Counted from the first letter of the stretch, positions 1 through 9,493 are shown. The stretch: 63,526 bases of DNA from a virus (IMGVR_UViG_3300024182_000007:1-63526); one strand, 5' to 3'. Notes: generated by a model from the letters alone, not told the origin. Translations and numbers: made by a program.

Positions 1-624
1 CCCCGTCTGTCCGCCTTTCTTCTGAGGAGCGGCGGCTTCCTTCTTCTTTGAATAGGGAAAGACGAATATCTTGTCGAAGATCAGCAGCGTCGGCGGGTCC
101 TTCCTGTCGTCCTTATCCCCGTCGTCAATTTTGTCCATCTTATGAGTGATGACGTGCCCCTTCAGCCCGACGTGATCCGGCAAATACCCCTTATTCAGAA
201 TCTCCGGCTTGAATCCCTGCTTCTCCAGACTGGCGCAATGGATCATCCACTTGCACTTCTTATTGAGCACGGCACCATTGACGGCATTGATGGTATTGCC
301 CTCCGTATCGACGTCCGTACCCTCGTCTGAAGGTTCGTCGTCGTCCCGATTGTCGATATTCCCCGGATGAAATCTGTCTACGCTCTCTTTCCCCAGCGAG
401 AAGTAATGATATTCCGGTTCGGCGTCGTCGATCGGGTCCAGATCGGCGTCCAATAACTGTAGCTTGTAGGCCACACACGTAAACGGGGCGCTCTGTTTCC
501 CCGTCTTTTTATTGGGTGGAAACTGATGGACTTTGCACACGCACTCCAGGACTTCCACGTTCCCTTCCTGAATTCCCAGAGAAGTTTCGACGGCGTCTTT
601 CGTCGCGTTGCTGACTTTTCCCAT
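1..624 (-). CDS. N-terminal part of a probable ssDNA-binding/recombination protein; ORF runs off the left end
   Basis: Hand translation: ATG at 624 with AGGAGA SD, 208 open codons to base 1 (MGKVSNATKDAVETSLGIQEGNVEVLEC...KKEAAAPQKKGGQTG). Missing from the ORF track because it has no stop. The SSB call rests only on its position upstream of the exonuclease and Sak4-like genes if the ends join. Confidence 0.6.
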   Translation of the reverse strand, partial: MGKVSNATKDAVETSLGIQEGNVEVLECVCKVHQFPPNKKTGKQSAPFTCVAYKLQLLDADLDPIDDAEPEYHYFSLGKESVDRFHPGNIDNRDDDEPSDEGTDVDTEGNTINAVNGAVLNKKCKWMIHCASLEKQGFKPEILNKGYLPDHVGLKGHVITHKMDKIDDGDKDDRKDPPTLLIFDKIFVFPYSKKKEAAAPQKKGGQTG

Positions 625-706
625 AACTCTCAAATCTCCTGTTCTTTCGTTTGAATTTGTCTTAGATTTTAGTGGCTTAGATCATCCTCAAAAAGGCGCA
701 AGGCAA

Positions 707-736
707 AGCGTATCACAAGAAACCGTGACAAGTCAA
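707..736 (-). promoter_or_regulatory. sigma70-like promoter (TTGACT-18-TACGCT, extended -10) with TCACGGT box
   Basis: Motifs read directly, upstream of the ORF starting at 624. Confidence 0.5.
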
Positions 737-960
737 TAGTATTCTTTAGCTCTAGAATCATACGCTTTGACGGCAGCGTTTACAAAACTTGTAGCCTTCC
801 AAACCAAGCCAGTTTAGTTTCAATATATGGGCGTTAGCCACAAGCGGGATCTTCCCCGACGGCGGGTCGAATATCCTTCCGCACCCGCTCAGATAAAAAT
901 GAAAAGCGAACGACCAGCGGCATAGATGGAACGTCCTGTCCGTCCTGAATGCCCTCCAGA

Positions 961-3441
961 CTAAACGTGGAGCTTCGGCGGAGGCGGCGGCGGATCGAGA
1001 CACGTTCTCATGTTGAACCACGACGGAGCCATTCCCTTTCTGATCCCCGAGGGGACCACCCATTCTATTTGATCGTCAATACAATAGACCTCACATCTAT
1101 CGTCGGCCGCTCGCATCCCCCTCCCCCTCATCTGCTGCAATTCCTGCATGACCGAATAGAGCATGAACTTCTTATCCTTGTTCCTCTCCTTCGCCAGATG
1201 AGAGGTAGTCACGTCGAAGGGGACTTTCGCTATAATCTGGTATTCGCACTCGGAATTATGTGAGGCAAAACCTTCTGCGACCAGCGTTTTGGTCGTCGTG
1301 CCGGTAGCCATTACATCTTGCTCTCCGATAAACTCTTTGCTTACTACCTTGACGGGTCTCGATCGTAATGAGCCAAAGCTGCCGATGCGGAGTTTTGGCA
1401 AGAGTCTTTCAGGTCGTATCTGACCAAGAAACCGCATGATGTCGCTCCTCCGTGTAATGAGTAGAGATATTCCATCCTTCCGTTGGTCTTGAGTACGCTT
1501 TTTGAAATAGCCACTGAAAGGAAAACCCTTTTCCTTCAGAAGTTCCATGATCTTATAAAGCATTTCATTTTCTGTCTGTGAAAGCCCCAGGAATATATTA
1601 GGTGAGTCACCCCCGCGATTCCATTTATTTACACGTTGTGACAGATACCCCTCTCCATCGAATGCCGATGCGAGGTACCCGGAAGCATAATCGGCATCGG
1701 TCTTCCAAACATCGGCAATCTGGCATAACGAACTGGGAAGAGTGGCGTCTCCTCGCAAATTCTGTGTCTCAACCCACTCAGAAACTCCGTTGCGAAAGAC
1801 GAGCCATTTATGCGCGTGAGACGATATTAAACGTGTGCCGTCTTCTAAACCGATTTGATAGCAAGGTAGGCGGATAAGCGCATTGCCCGTAATCGTTGCC
1901 TCTTGCCATCTTCGACTACGTCGTCCATCTACACGCTCTTCATCGAACGCAGCCAACTTTTGACCTATATGCAAGTCACCGATTTGCTTCCACTGAAGAT
2001 CCGCAGTCAAGACTTTGGTGTTAGGAGAGACGCAGTAAGGGAAGTCCCATCCCGTGGAGAACGACGGGCTCACCAGAACTCTAGGGGGCGCCGATCTCCT
2101 AAATTCCTCCGCCTTAGCGCTCGTCTCCCTTGCGTCGTTATTCAGGATCATCAGCCTCGCGTATTGAGAATGCCTTTGAATGAACGCCGCCCGCTCGTAA
2201 CTCTTCGTCTGAATAATCCCCTTTCTATCCAACCTGTCCTCTATAATCTGATCCACGCGCGCGACCATCACTTTCAGCTCATCCTCGTCCGTCCTCCAGG
2301 TCATCTTCACCGTCGGGATATGGATAAAGGGCATGCGATTCAGCGGGAAGACGCGCGGCCACTCTTTGAATTCGTACTCGCTCTTCGGAACTCCGAGCAA
2401 CTGGAGAGTGTAAGGCCGGACGGTGCCGGAGAGCATGACGATCCGAGGGACGCCAGAGAACAGGTTCGAGCGGACGTATTTCCCCGGCCAGATACACTCG
2501 AACGTGATCCCTTTCTCATCGGCTTCCCAAACCCATTCCCCTTGAGTGAGCGTGGAGATCCACCACAGCCGGTTATCCAGGTCCTTGTCTGTATCTGTAT
2601 CCTCTTCTTGGCCATGCGCCCTCTTAAGCGCCTTTCTGGAGAGGACGGCCCATCTCTTCCACCCGTCCAGCTCCAGCCCCCCTTTGCGGTCAATGGGCAT
2701 CGGCAGCGGCGCCTCCACGTAAGAAATATGAATAGCGACGAAATCCGAAATCTGGTCGAAAATAGCATGGGCTTCGTCGCACACGAGTATCCCCACGTTC
2801 CCCAGACTCCCCTTACTGGCCCTCCGCGAATGCATCCAGAACTGATAATTCGTCACTCCCAGCGGACTCGCCCTGAAAGCCGTCAATGCTTCAGAGTACT
2901 GGCAAAGGGGCGTCCCATATAGATTACAGTCCTCGTCAATCCCCCTGTCGCACGTCCACCACCCTTTCTTGTTTCGCTCGTCTCCGGAATGGCACTTATA
3001 ATTCGCAACCCCGCGCATGTCGGCCATCCCGCACGGTCCAAAATCTTTCCCGTACTGATCTTGTAATCCTTTGGTGGCGGTAAGGACGACAACCCTCTGA
3101 TCAGAGAGTTCCCCGATCATCGGCGGGATGGCGCTCTTTCCCGATCCAGTGCTCTGAGACAGGACGGTTATCGGATGCTTACTATCGAGAACGGCCTGCA
3201 CTCCCTCTATCTGAGTCTTCCTCCAGGTCTCGAATTTAGCCGGAAGGTTGAAGTCTTTCGGAGAAGAGCAGCGGCCCCAATCGGCCGCCTTCGTGCATTC
3301 CCGGCAGCAAGTGCAATTGGCTGACTCTGCCAGGTAAAGGTCCTGAAACGGACAAGTATGAGGAGGGGACTGTTCGTGCGGACAGTTCCTCATCCCCGTC
3401 AGTTTGGAGGCGATCGATTGGGCAATCTCGGCTTTCGTCAT
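961..3441 (-). CDS. SF2 DinG/XPD-like helicase with intein
   Basis: Walker A STGSGKS, DEAH box, SGT motif III, FSTGWDFP motif V, Q..GRGMR motif VI and a four-Cys FeS-like segment. Start at 3441 inferred from the ATGA overlap. Confidence 0.9.
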   Translation of the reverse strand: MTKAEIAQSIASKLTGMRNCPHEQSPPHTCPFQDLYLAESANCTCCRECTKAADWGRCSSPKDFNLPAKFETWRKTQIEGVQAVLDSKHPITVLSQSTGSGKSAIPPMIGELSDQRVVVLTATKGLQDQYGKDFGPCGMADMRGVANYKCHSGDERNKKGWWTCDRGIDEDCNLYGTPLCQYSEALTAFRASPLGVTNYQFWMHSRRASKGSLGNVGILVCDEAHAIFDQISDFVAIHISYVEAPLPMPIDRKGGLELDGWKRWAVLSRKALKRAHGQEEDTDTDKDLDNRLWWISTLTQGEWVWEADEKGITFECIWPGKYVRSNLFSGVPRIVMLSGTVRPYTLQLLGVPKSEYEFKEWPRVFPLNRMPFIHIPTVKMTWRTDEDELKVMVARVDQIIEDRLDRKGIIQTKSYERAAFIQRHSQYARLMILNNDARETSAKAEEFRRSAPPRVLVSPSFSTGWDFPYCVSPNTKVLTADLQWKQIGDLHIGQKLAAFDEERVDGRRSRRWQEATITGNALIRLPCYQIGLEDGTRLISSHAHKWLVFRNGVSEWVETQNLRGDATLPSSLCQIADVWKTDADYASGYLASAFDGEGYLSQRVNKWNRGGDSPNIFLGLSQTENEMLYKIMELLKEKGFPFSGYFKKRTQDQRKDGISLLITRRSDIMRFLGQIRPERLLPKLRIGSFGSLRSRPVKVVSKEFIGEQDVMATGTTTKTLVAEGFASHNSECEYQIIAKVPFDVTTSHLAKERNKDKKFMLYSVMQELQQMRGRGMRAADDRCEVYCIDDQIEWVVPSGIRKGMAPSWFNMRTCLDPPPPPPKLHV
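1255..2034 (-). mobile_element. Intein (260 aa) with LAGLIDADG endonuclease domain
   Basis: Starts CVSPNTKVLTAD, has block B SHAHKW and YLASAFDGEG, ends EGFASHN followed by +1 Ser. Removing it restores DFPY-SECEYQII. Confidence 0.92.
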
Positions 3442-3611
3442 TCCTTCAACCCGTCCGACTTCAAACATCCGATTTTTATATTGCAGGCATCAATAACGTC
3501 TTTAAGATCGGCATAGGTCGTCTCACGGCTGACGCGCGTGTCAGAGAACAGATCTTCGATCGCATTCATTACGGCGTCCACAAGCTTCTGGTGGCGTTCG
3601 GCCTTAGTCAT
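3438..3611 (-). CDS. small hypothetical protein
   Basis: ATGA overlaps with both neighbouring genes. Confidence 0.6.
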   Translation of the reverse strand: MTKAERHQKLVDAVMNAIEDLFSDTRVSRETTYADLKDVIDACNIKIGCLKSDGLKE

Positions 3612-4864
3612 TTCTGAAATCCCCTCTTCACGTAATCCCCAGCCTTCTCCGTCAGTTCCCACCCTCCCCCTTCGCTCCTCTCCATTATCCTCAGCGCCCC
3701 CAACTCCTCTAATGCCCTTTTGGCCGTCCCATCGGAGAACATGCCTCTAGCTGCAACGCGCCCCGCGCTCGTCCGATAGTGCGGCCCGTTCCCGTTCCTC
3801 CCGACCATATCAATCGCTTCCCTCAGCGCGACACTCCGCACCATCGGCATCGAATCAAGCGCCATTTTCTTAATAATCCTCCACGCCTCCCCTCCGATCC
3901 CGCCCTCTACTCCCAGGAATTCCATCGCCCGATAGATCATCCCTAACTCGAGTGTGATGCGAGTGGGCTTCTCCGCGCTAGGGACATCGGTAATCTCCTT
4001 CGAGAACGTATCCCTCAGCACCAGTCCCCTGGCCGTCCCCGCCAGCTGCCCCATCGCTATGATCCCGTCCTTCTCCGCATGGCTGAGTTCCCTCGGCTCT
4101 ATCTTGCTTTTCCAGTCCAATCCAAAACTCTCGAAAAAGCTCTTCACGCTCTCCCTGATCTGAGCGGCCATCTTAGGCGTATTCGCTCTCCCCAGCGCGG
4201 CGAACGCCTCTGCCCACCCGTCCGAATACGGATAACGAAAGAATACGAACCTCTCTCCCATCGCGCTGACCATCGCATGACTCCTATCGACGGCCGGCGT
4301 CACCCCCGTCAGGAATCCGATATGCCCCTTCCACCTCAAACACCTCCCTCCTTCCCCTCCCACGTCCCTCACCCATTCGCCGTCGTAAATCTCCCGGAAC
4401 GCCGCCAGCATCTCCCCCAGATCGTCCTTATGCATGGCTAGGATAGAAGTAAAATCCTTGAATATCAGCGCCCCTCTATCCCCGATCTCCCTCAATATCC
4501 CCCCCTTAGCGGCCTTCTCCTGATCCCCCTTCCCCGTCTGCTTCCAATACTTCTTGGGGACGCCGCTCAATAAAGACGGATGCCCCTTGAGCGTGCTCTT
4601 GACATAGACCCCATCGACGTCCTTCAGCGTCATCAATAGTTCCGTCTTCCCGCAGCTCGACTCTCCGACGAGCATCAGCCACACCGGATCGCCCTGCATC
4701 ATATTGGCCGCGAGACTCCCCATAACCACGTACAGCGGAGATGGATCTGGCAGATGAAGAAAGTCCTGGAATTGGGCGGCCAGCGCATATATGGGCGTCG
4801 ATGAGGAGGCTAAGGGGGAACGCGAAAAGGAAGCTTTACGCGGCATCGTTTGGGCTAGATTCAA
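3608..4864 (-). CDS. MCM-like AAA+ ATPase, probable replicative helicase, with C-terminal winged helix
   Basis: GESSCGKT Walker A, LIFKDF Walker B-like, LREIYDG-like motif (FREIYDG), MGERF arginine finger. Confidence 0.75.
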   Translation of the reverse strand: MNLAQTMPRKASFSRSPLASSSTPIYALAAQFQDFLHLPDPSPLYVVMGSLAANMMQGDPVWLMLVGESSCGKTELLMTLKDVDGVYVKSTLKGHPSLLSGVPKKYWKQTGKGDQEKAAKGGILREIGDRGALIFKDFTSILAMHKDDLGEMLAAFREIYDGEWVRDVGGEGGRCLRWKGHIGFLTGVTPAVDRSHAMVSAMGERFVFFRYPYSDGWAEAFAALGRANTPKMAAQIRESVKSFFESFGLDWKSKIEPRELSHAEKDGIIAMGQLAGTARGLVLRDTFSKEITDVPSAEKPTRITLELGMIYRAMEFLGVEGGIGGEAWRIIKKMALDSMPMVRSVALREAIDMVGRNGNGPHYRTSAGRVAARGMFSDGTAKRALEELGALRIMERSEGGGWELTEKAGDYVKRGFQK

Positions 4865-4947
4865 AGGGGAGCGGCATTGAGGAGCGCTCCCCCTCTGATT
4901 CCCCGCGAAAGGAGGTCAAGCCAAAGACGGGGAAACTCGTTAAAGGA

Positions 4948-6009
4948 TTAAGCGGCCCTCTTGGGCTTGGGCTCTCCCTTACTCTTGGGAAGGGCTTCGG
5001 CGATCTCGTCCCACTTCCGCAACAAAGTCCCCTCGGTCCCTTCCCCTTGGGAGAACTTCACAAAATACGCTGCAAATGATGCCATCACCGGCGGAGATGC
5101 AGGCCCGCACATGCTCTCGAAGAACCCGATCAGCTCTTTCTTCTGCCGGGGCTCCTTCCCCTTCAGCGCGCCTTTCTTTCTGGCCGCCTGAACGACATGC
5201 TTCTCCTGGACTTTGGGCTTCTCCGCGTTCTTCTTCGCTATGGCTTTTTGCTTAGCACTCATCTTCGGGTTGGCATCCGCCCTTTTAACGGCTTCCTTCG
5301 CTTCCTCCCGAGAGAGCTTTTTGGCGTCCTCGACGACTTCCTCGCGCTTCTCCGGCTCTACCCGCTTGATCGCCGTCAATGCGGCTTGAGTAGTCATCTC
5401 GCCGGAATGAACCTGCTGTTGAATCGACTTCGGCGCCTCGGCCAGCTTCTCGTGCTCGGTGATCGTCGCCGTGCTCACCCCAAAGTAAGCCGCCACCTGC
5501 TTGGTATTCTCGCCACCCTCCCAGCCGTTCTCCTTTCGGGCGTCGGCTATCAGCAGCATGAGATCGATGGGAGTAAAGTTCTTGCGCTGGATGTTCTCGA
5601 TGATAGCGGCGCGTTTCGCCTGCGCGTCATCGTATCGCCTGACAACGCATTCCAGCGTGAACGGCCCCTGCTTCTTCGGATCGTATCTCGACTTGAACTC
5701 GCCGGAATTGATCCTCATCGCGGCGGCCCTTCTGCGATGTCCGGCGATCAGCGAATATTGCCCTTGCTTCTCCTCCCTGACTATCAAGGGAAGCAATTGC
5801 CCCTCAGGCTCCAGTAAGCTCAGGGCAAGTTCGCGTATCGACTTCTCCTCGGCCTCAGGAGATCCCTTGAACTTTCTGACTAACTGCTCTTTCCTCAGCT
5901 TGATCTCATCCGGTAACAGATTAAGGGTCAACCCCAGATCCGGCCTTTCATCCTCAGGCTGATCATGCTGCTCCGGGGACGGGGAATCGCTCGTTTGTCC
6001 GTTCGTCAT
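4948..6009 (-). CDS. parB: ParB/Srx-domain protein with HTH
   Basis: LIAGHRRRAA arginine patch, IIENIQRKNFTP, then HTH (VAAYFGVSTATIT). Confidence 0.85.
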   Translation of the reverse strand: MTNGQTSDSPSPEQHDQPEDERPDLGLTLNLLPDEIKLRKEQLVRKFKGSPEAEEKSIRELALSLLEPEGQLLPLIVREEKQGQYSLIAGHRRRAAAMRINSGEFKSRYDPKKQGPFTLECVVRRYDDAQAKRAAIIENIQRKNFTPIDLMLLIADARKENGWEGGENTKQVAAYFGVSTATITEHEKLAEAPKSIQQQVHSGEMTTQAALTAIKRVEPEKREEVVEDAKKLSREEAKEAVKRADANPKMSAKQKAIAKKNAEKPKVQEKHVVQAARKKGALKGKEPRQKKELIGFFESMCGPASPPVMASFAAYFVKFSQGEGTEGTLLRKWDEIAEALPKSKGEPKPKRAA

Positions 6010-6334
6010 AAATCCTCTCTACCTGCTCCAGCGTCAGCCCGAAAGCGTCCGCTAGTTTTCTGGCCATCTTCAAGCTCGGCCGCGTCTTCAACGTCAACAG
6101 CCTGCTCAGATGGGATTCGTTCGTCTTCATTCTCGCGGCGGTCGCGCGAATGTTGATGTTCGGGAACTCCGGGTTCTTTCTCCCCCGCGTGCGCTTGTCG
6201 TCGGCGTCCCGGATGACGATCAGATTGGATTCGGGACGGCTTTCGACAAGCGGCGGCGCAGGAGGAGATTGCTGTTTAACCAGCCTAGCGGGGCCTTTGT
6301 TCTTAGCGGATTTCGTGGAGCGCTTGCTCATCAC
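5963..6334 (-). CDS. XRE-family HTH transcriptional regulator
   Basis: C-terminal HTH (IRATAARMKTNESHLSRLL..RPSLKMARKLADAFG). Preceded by TTGACA-16-TATCAT, probably leaderless. Confidence 0.75.
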   Translation of the reverse strand: MMSKRSTKSAKNKGPARLVKQQSPPAPPLVESRPESNLIVIRDADDKRTRGRKNPEFPNINIRATAARMKTNESHLSRLLTLKTRPSLKMARKLADAFGLTLEQVERIYDERTNERFPVPGAA

Positions 6335-6392
6335 CAGACCATGATACTCCATCATATTCCTTTGTCAAGCGCTTTCTTCTCGCTTATCACGG

Positions 6393-6488
6393 CTATTTTC
6401 TTCGGCCTTGCGTCAGCGTTCCGATCAGCGCAAAAAGCGAGCATACCGCTACGGTCACATTCAACCAGAATTGAAGATTTGCGCTCAT
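6393..6488 (-). CDS. 31-aa single-TM membrane peptide
   Basis: Hand translation MSANLQFWLNVTVAVCSLFALIGTLTQGRRK; ATGA overlap with the upstream ORF. Confidence 0.6.
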   Translation of the reverse strand: MSANLQFWLNVTVAVCSLFALIGTLTQGRRK

Positions 6489-6616
6489 CTCCCCTGCCTC
6501 GCCCTGATCAGCTGATAGACGCAAGCGAACAAGCAGAGGAGAATCGCGCCCGTAATCCAATCCCCTAATTCCTCCGACAAAGGACGGGCGAATATACGCA
6601 AAGCAAGACCGATCAT
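6485..6616 (-). CDS. 43-aa single-TM membrane peptide
   Basis: MIGLALRIFARPLSEELGDWITGAILLCLFACVYQLIRARQGR; ATGA overlaps at both ends. Confidence 0.65.
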   Translation of the reverse strand: MIGLALRIFARPLSEELGDWITGAILLCLFACVYQLIRARQGR

Positions 6617-6747
6617 CTCTTTCTCTGCCCGGCGATCATGCGGCATCCGACGTAAATACCAAAGAACAGTAACAGGAGAACGGAGACGATCTCCCAATCC
6701 GCAAGGTGGCGCATGAGAATCCAACTAGACGTTACGTGGCTCGTCAT
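6613..6747 (-). CDS. 44-aa single-TM membrane peptide
   Basis: MTSHVTSSWILMRHLADWEIVSVLLLLFFGIYVGCRMIAGQRKR; AAGGAG SD. Confidence 0.65.
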   Translation of the reverse strand: MTSHVTSSWILMRHLADWEIVSVLLLLFFGIYVGCRMIAGQRKR

Positions 6748-6844
6748 ATAACTCCTTAACCCTTAAAAGGGAGCGGCTCCGTCTCACTCCCTCCTGAGAA
6801 CGGCCGCCGCTCGTCGTCTGTCTCATATAGGGTAGGTTGAGAGA

Positions 6845-6873
6845 ATAGTAGCAGATCGTCACGGTCAAGTCAA
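6845..6873 (-). promoter_or_regulatory. sigma70-like promoter (TTGACT-17-TACTAT, extended -10)
   Basis: Motifs read directly; ACCGTGA in the spacer; downstream hairpin at 6771-6812. Confidence 0.65.
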
Positions 6874-6879
6874 GAACTT

Positions 6880-7170
6880 TTATTTGGTCGAATACGGAGG
6901 TCTGGGGACGGGCTTCCCCGTATGCAGATCGACCTTCTCTCCTCTCAGCGGGTGAAGCTCCTGCCTCTCCTTTCGGATCTTCTTGATGAAGTCCTCGACG
7001 GCGGCCACGATCATCCCATTCATCGAGCACCATTCGATCTCCGACTCTTGTTTGAGCTTCTCGTGAAGGGGGACGGGAAGCTTGACGAGGATAGCCTGAC
7101 GCGGGTAGTAAAAATCGATGACCCAACCTGCGCGTTTGCGACGTCTCATTTCTTTGGCGGATAGTGACAT
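6880..7170 (-). CDS. Arc-like ribbon-helix-helix DNA-binding protein
   Basis: ILVKLPVPLHEKLKQESEIEWCSMNGMIVAAVEDFI pattern; TTGACA at 7202-7207 upstream. Confidence 0.75.
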   Translation of the reverse strand: MSLSAKEMRRRKRAGWVIDFYYPRQAILVKLPVPLHEKLKQESEIEWCSMNGMIVAAVEDFIKKIRKERQELHPLRGEKVDLHTGKPVPRPPYSTK

Positions 7171-7352
7171 ATACTAACGTATATCATGAACGGATACCGG
7201 CTGTCAATGGACATAACTTCTGCACGCACGTCTGTCTCACATCTTCTCTTGATGAATTACCCTTAGACTCTAGACTTAAATATAAGAGGGAGAGAGATTG
7301 AGACTATGGTCTGTGCAAAAGTAATGGACGGGCTTTCCCAAAGCGTGCTATC

Positions 7353-7919
7353 ATGCTGAGCATGCGTAAGATGCGTAATAGAATCATGCAGATGTACGGA
7401 ATTCACAAGACGCAATGGGATGCGATGGACGCGGTCGATCGTAAACTCTATTTGGATGAGAAGGCAGCCCGCAAAGAGGATAGAGCGAGGAGAAGAAAGC
7501 CTCCGAAGTTCGTTTCGGGGATGAAAATCGGCATGCTGACTCTTCTCATGAGGGCAGGAATCAGAGGATATTTTAGAGTGCCGTTCCATAACGGACGGTG
7601 GAAAGTGAAGTGCGATTGCGGAAAGGAGATCGTCGTCACCTATAACCAGTTGCAGAGAGGGAAGTATTCGTGCGGATGCACGCCCAAACCGAGGAAAGCG
7701 CCGGAACTCACGCGCCCGCCTAAAGAACTGCCTCAACGGGTATATGGGCGACTGATAGTGCATGAATATCACATGAACTTCGGCTGGCTTTGCGAGTGCT
7801 CCGACTGCGGGGACTTCTCGTGGGTCCGATACTCCAAGTTTCTGGAGGGGCATGGGAAGAGACCGTGCCTGCTGACGTGCCTCGATCGCAAACTGAAGCA
7901 ATCGAAGCGTGGGGGGTAG
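7353..7919 (+). CDS. protein with two C-x-C-x-C-G modules of the type found at the N-terminus of HNH/AP2 endonucleases
   Basis: WKVKCDCGKE...SCGC and YGRLIV...WLCECSDCG; no HNH catalytic motif seen. Confidence 0.6.
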   Translation: MLSMRKMRNRIMQMYGIHKTQWDAMDAVDRKLYLDEKAARKEDRARRRKPPKFVSGMKIGMLTLLMRAGIRGYFRVPFHNGRWKVKCDCGKEIVVTYNQLQRGKYSCGCTPKPRKAPELTRPPKELPQRVYGRLIVHEYHMNFGWLCECSDCGDFSWVRYSKFLEGHGKRPCLLTCLDRKLKQSKRGG

Positions 7920-7969
7920 GGGGGATATTCTATACTTATATATAAGTACTATATATATATATATAAGTA

Positions 7970-8903
7970 TTAAGTATTAGACGTATGCGTGAGCGTTATC
8001 CCCAGATGATCGCATGCCGGATCGCTCAAATCTAAGGCCGTCTTCAGATATCTTTCCGTCGTCTGAATCGATGAGTGCCCGAGGGCGGCGGATATCTGCT
8101 CCAGCCGCGCTCCCCCCTTTCTAGAAAGTTGGGCGAACGTGCGTCTGAGGTCGTGCGGCGCCAGCTTAAAGCCTCGTTCAGACGCGCGTTGACGCACGAT
8201 CTCCCAAATAGCGTTCGAGGATAGAGAGCGGTGGATAGATCCTCTCTCCAAGCTCCTCAGCACGCGAGAGTCATTGCGCTCCCATTCGTCTATATGCAAT
8301 AGTGCGGACCATTCTCTGAGGATGGACTCAGCCCAGAGAGGGACGGGGATAGTGCGGATGCGCTCCCCCTTCCCCCTTAGATCTAAGACGACGCGCCGCC
8401 CGTCCCTTATCTTGAAGCTGGCTCCAGATCAATTGTGCGGCCTCTTCTCGTCTCATGCCGCACCCTAACAATAGCGCGATCGCCGACCGATCTCTCGCTT
8501 CATATAGCGGATCGGCACCCTCTTTCGTCTCCAGCAGCCGCGCGCATTCTTCTTTAGAGAGCCAGTTACCGGCGCGCGCCCCTTTCTGAATCGATCCCTT
8601 GATGCGGAGGATGGATAGCGCCGTCTCGGCTGATATCGCGTGATGATCGGCGGCCGTCTGCGCCAGCCTCTTGATGGCCGCGAGGGATTGGTTCCGGGAG
8701 GAGATCGACTTGCCGGAGGAGATCAGATGCCCTATATAGGACTCGACTGTTAACCGATCAAGGGATAAATAGTGCGCCCAGGCGAGAAAAGAGCGCAGCC
8801 GGGAGGAATAAGCGCGGCGGGATTGAGGGGAGGGGAGGAGCTGGACGGCGGCGGAGATCAGATGCTCACCTATAGAGGGAGACGGTAATAGTGCGGCGCT
8901 CAT
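7970..8903 (-). pseudogene. Xer/integrase-like tyrosine recombinase interrupted by a +1 frameshift near 8414
   Basis: N-terminal part has RDRSAIALLLGCGMRREE. The +1 frame continues with DLRGKGERIRTIP, PHDLRRT and LGHSSIQTTERY, so all R-K-H-R-H-Y catalytic residues are present. Confidence 0.85.
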
Positions 8904-9268
8904 TCGCCCCCCGATCTAAATAAATAGTGCTTATAGAATCCAGCAGCTCCATAAGCTCCGCCGATCTGCACCGGCTGTGTAGGCTTTTCAGCCAGTTTTT
9001 GCGCCACCATCCGCGCTAAAATCCTGTCCCTCCTCGGACTCTCCGGAATCATCCAGACGAGTTTACACATGCTCTCGGGCGTAGCCGTTTCCAGCCGGTA
9101 GAGCGCATACCACTTCTTTTTATTCGGCGCGGCGAGCTGATTCCCCAGATAGCCGAAATCGACCCTGAACTCCCTCTCTCTATAGGCGACGGCGTGCCCA
9201 TATAGCCCGTGATTGACGCCCGATCGGATGCGCACGGGGATGGGAGGATCTATCTTTATCTCGCTCAT
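8900..9268 (-). CDS. hypothetical early protein
   Basis: ORF track; ATGA overlap with the recombinase start. Confidence 0.65.
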   Translation of the reverse strand: MSEIKIDPPIPVRIRSGVNHGLYGHAVAYREREFRVDFGYLGNQLAAPNKKKWYALYRLETATPESMCKLVWMIPESPRRDRILARMVAQKLAEKPTQPVQIGGAYGAAGFYKHYLFRSGGE

Positions 9269-9493
9269 TCGACCTCTTGCGTCACCATCTCAAAGTCGAA
9301 GCCGTCTGTGCTCCCAGGTCCTCTCAGCGTCACAAACGGACCATTGTGCGCCCGTGCGTCGATTCGTGACCCACCATTGTCCATGCTCAAAATCGGTCTG
9401 TAATTCTCCGATATGGCCCAGTCCTCGATCAAAAGCCGCCGATCTCACGCGGCGTCCCATAGATAACGTGTTCTGCTCAGTTTTCAGTTTCAT
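9265..9493 (-). CDS. small hypothetical protein (FEHGQWW motif), probable +1 frameshift near 9322
   Basis: The +1 frame gives GPGSTDGFDFEMVTQEVE* and ends in an ATGA overlap with the next gene. Confidence 0.6.

Noticed and set aside
1903-2922. 339-aa plus-strand ORF and many similar antisense ORFs
   Set aside because: Shadow frames of well-supported genes in GC-rich DNA, with no motifs
7970-8903. Protelomerase
   Set aside because: Size and R-K-H-R-H-Y motifs fit a Xer/integrase-like recombinase
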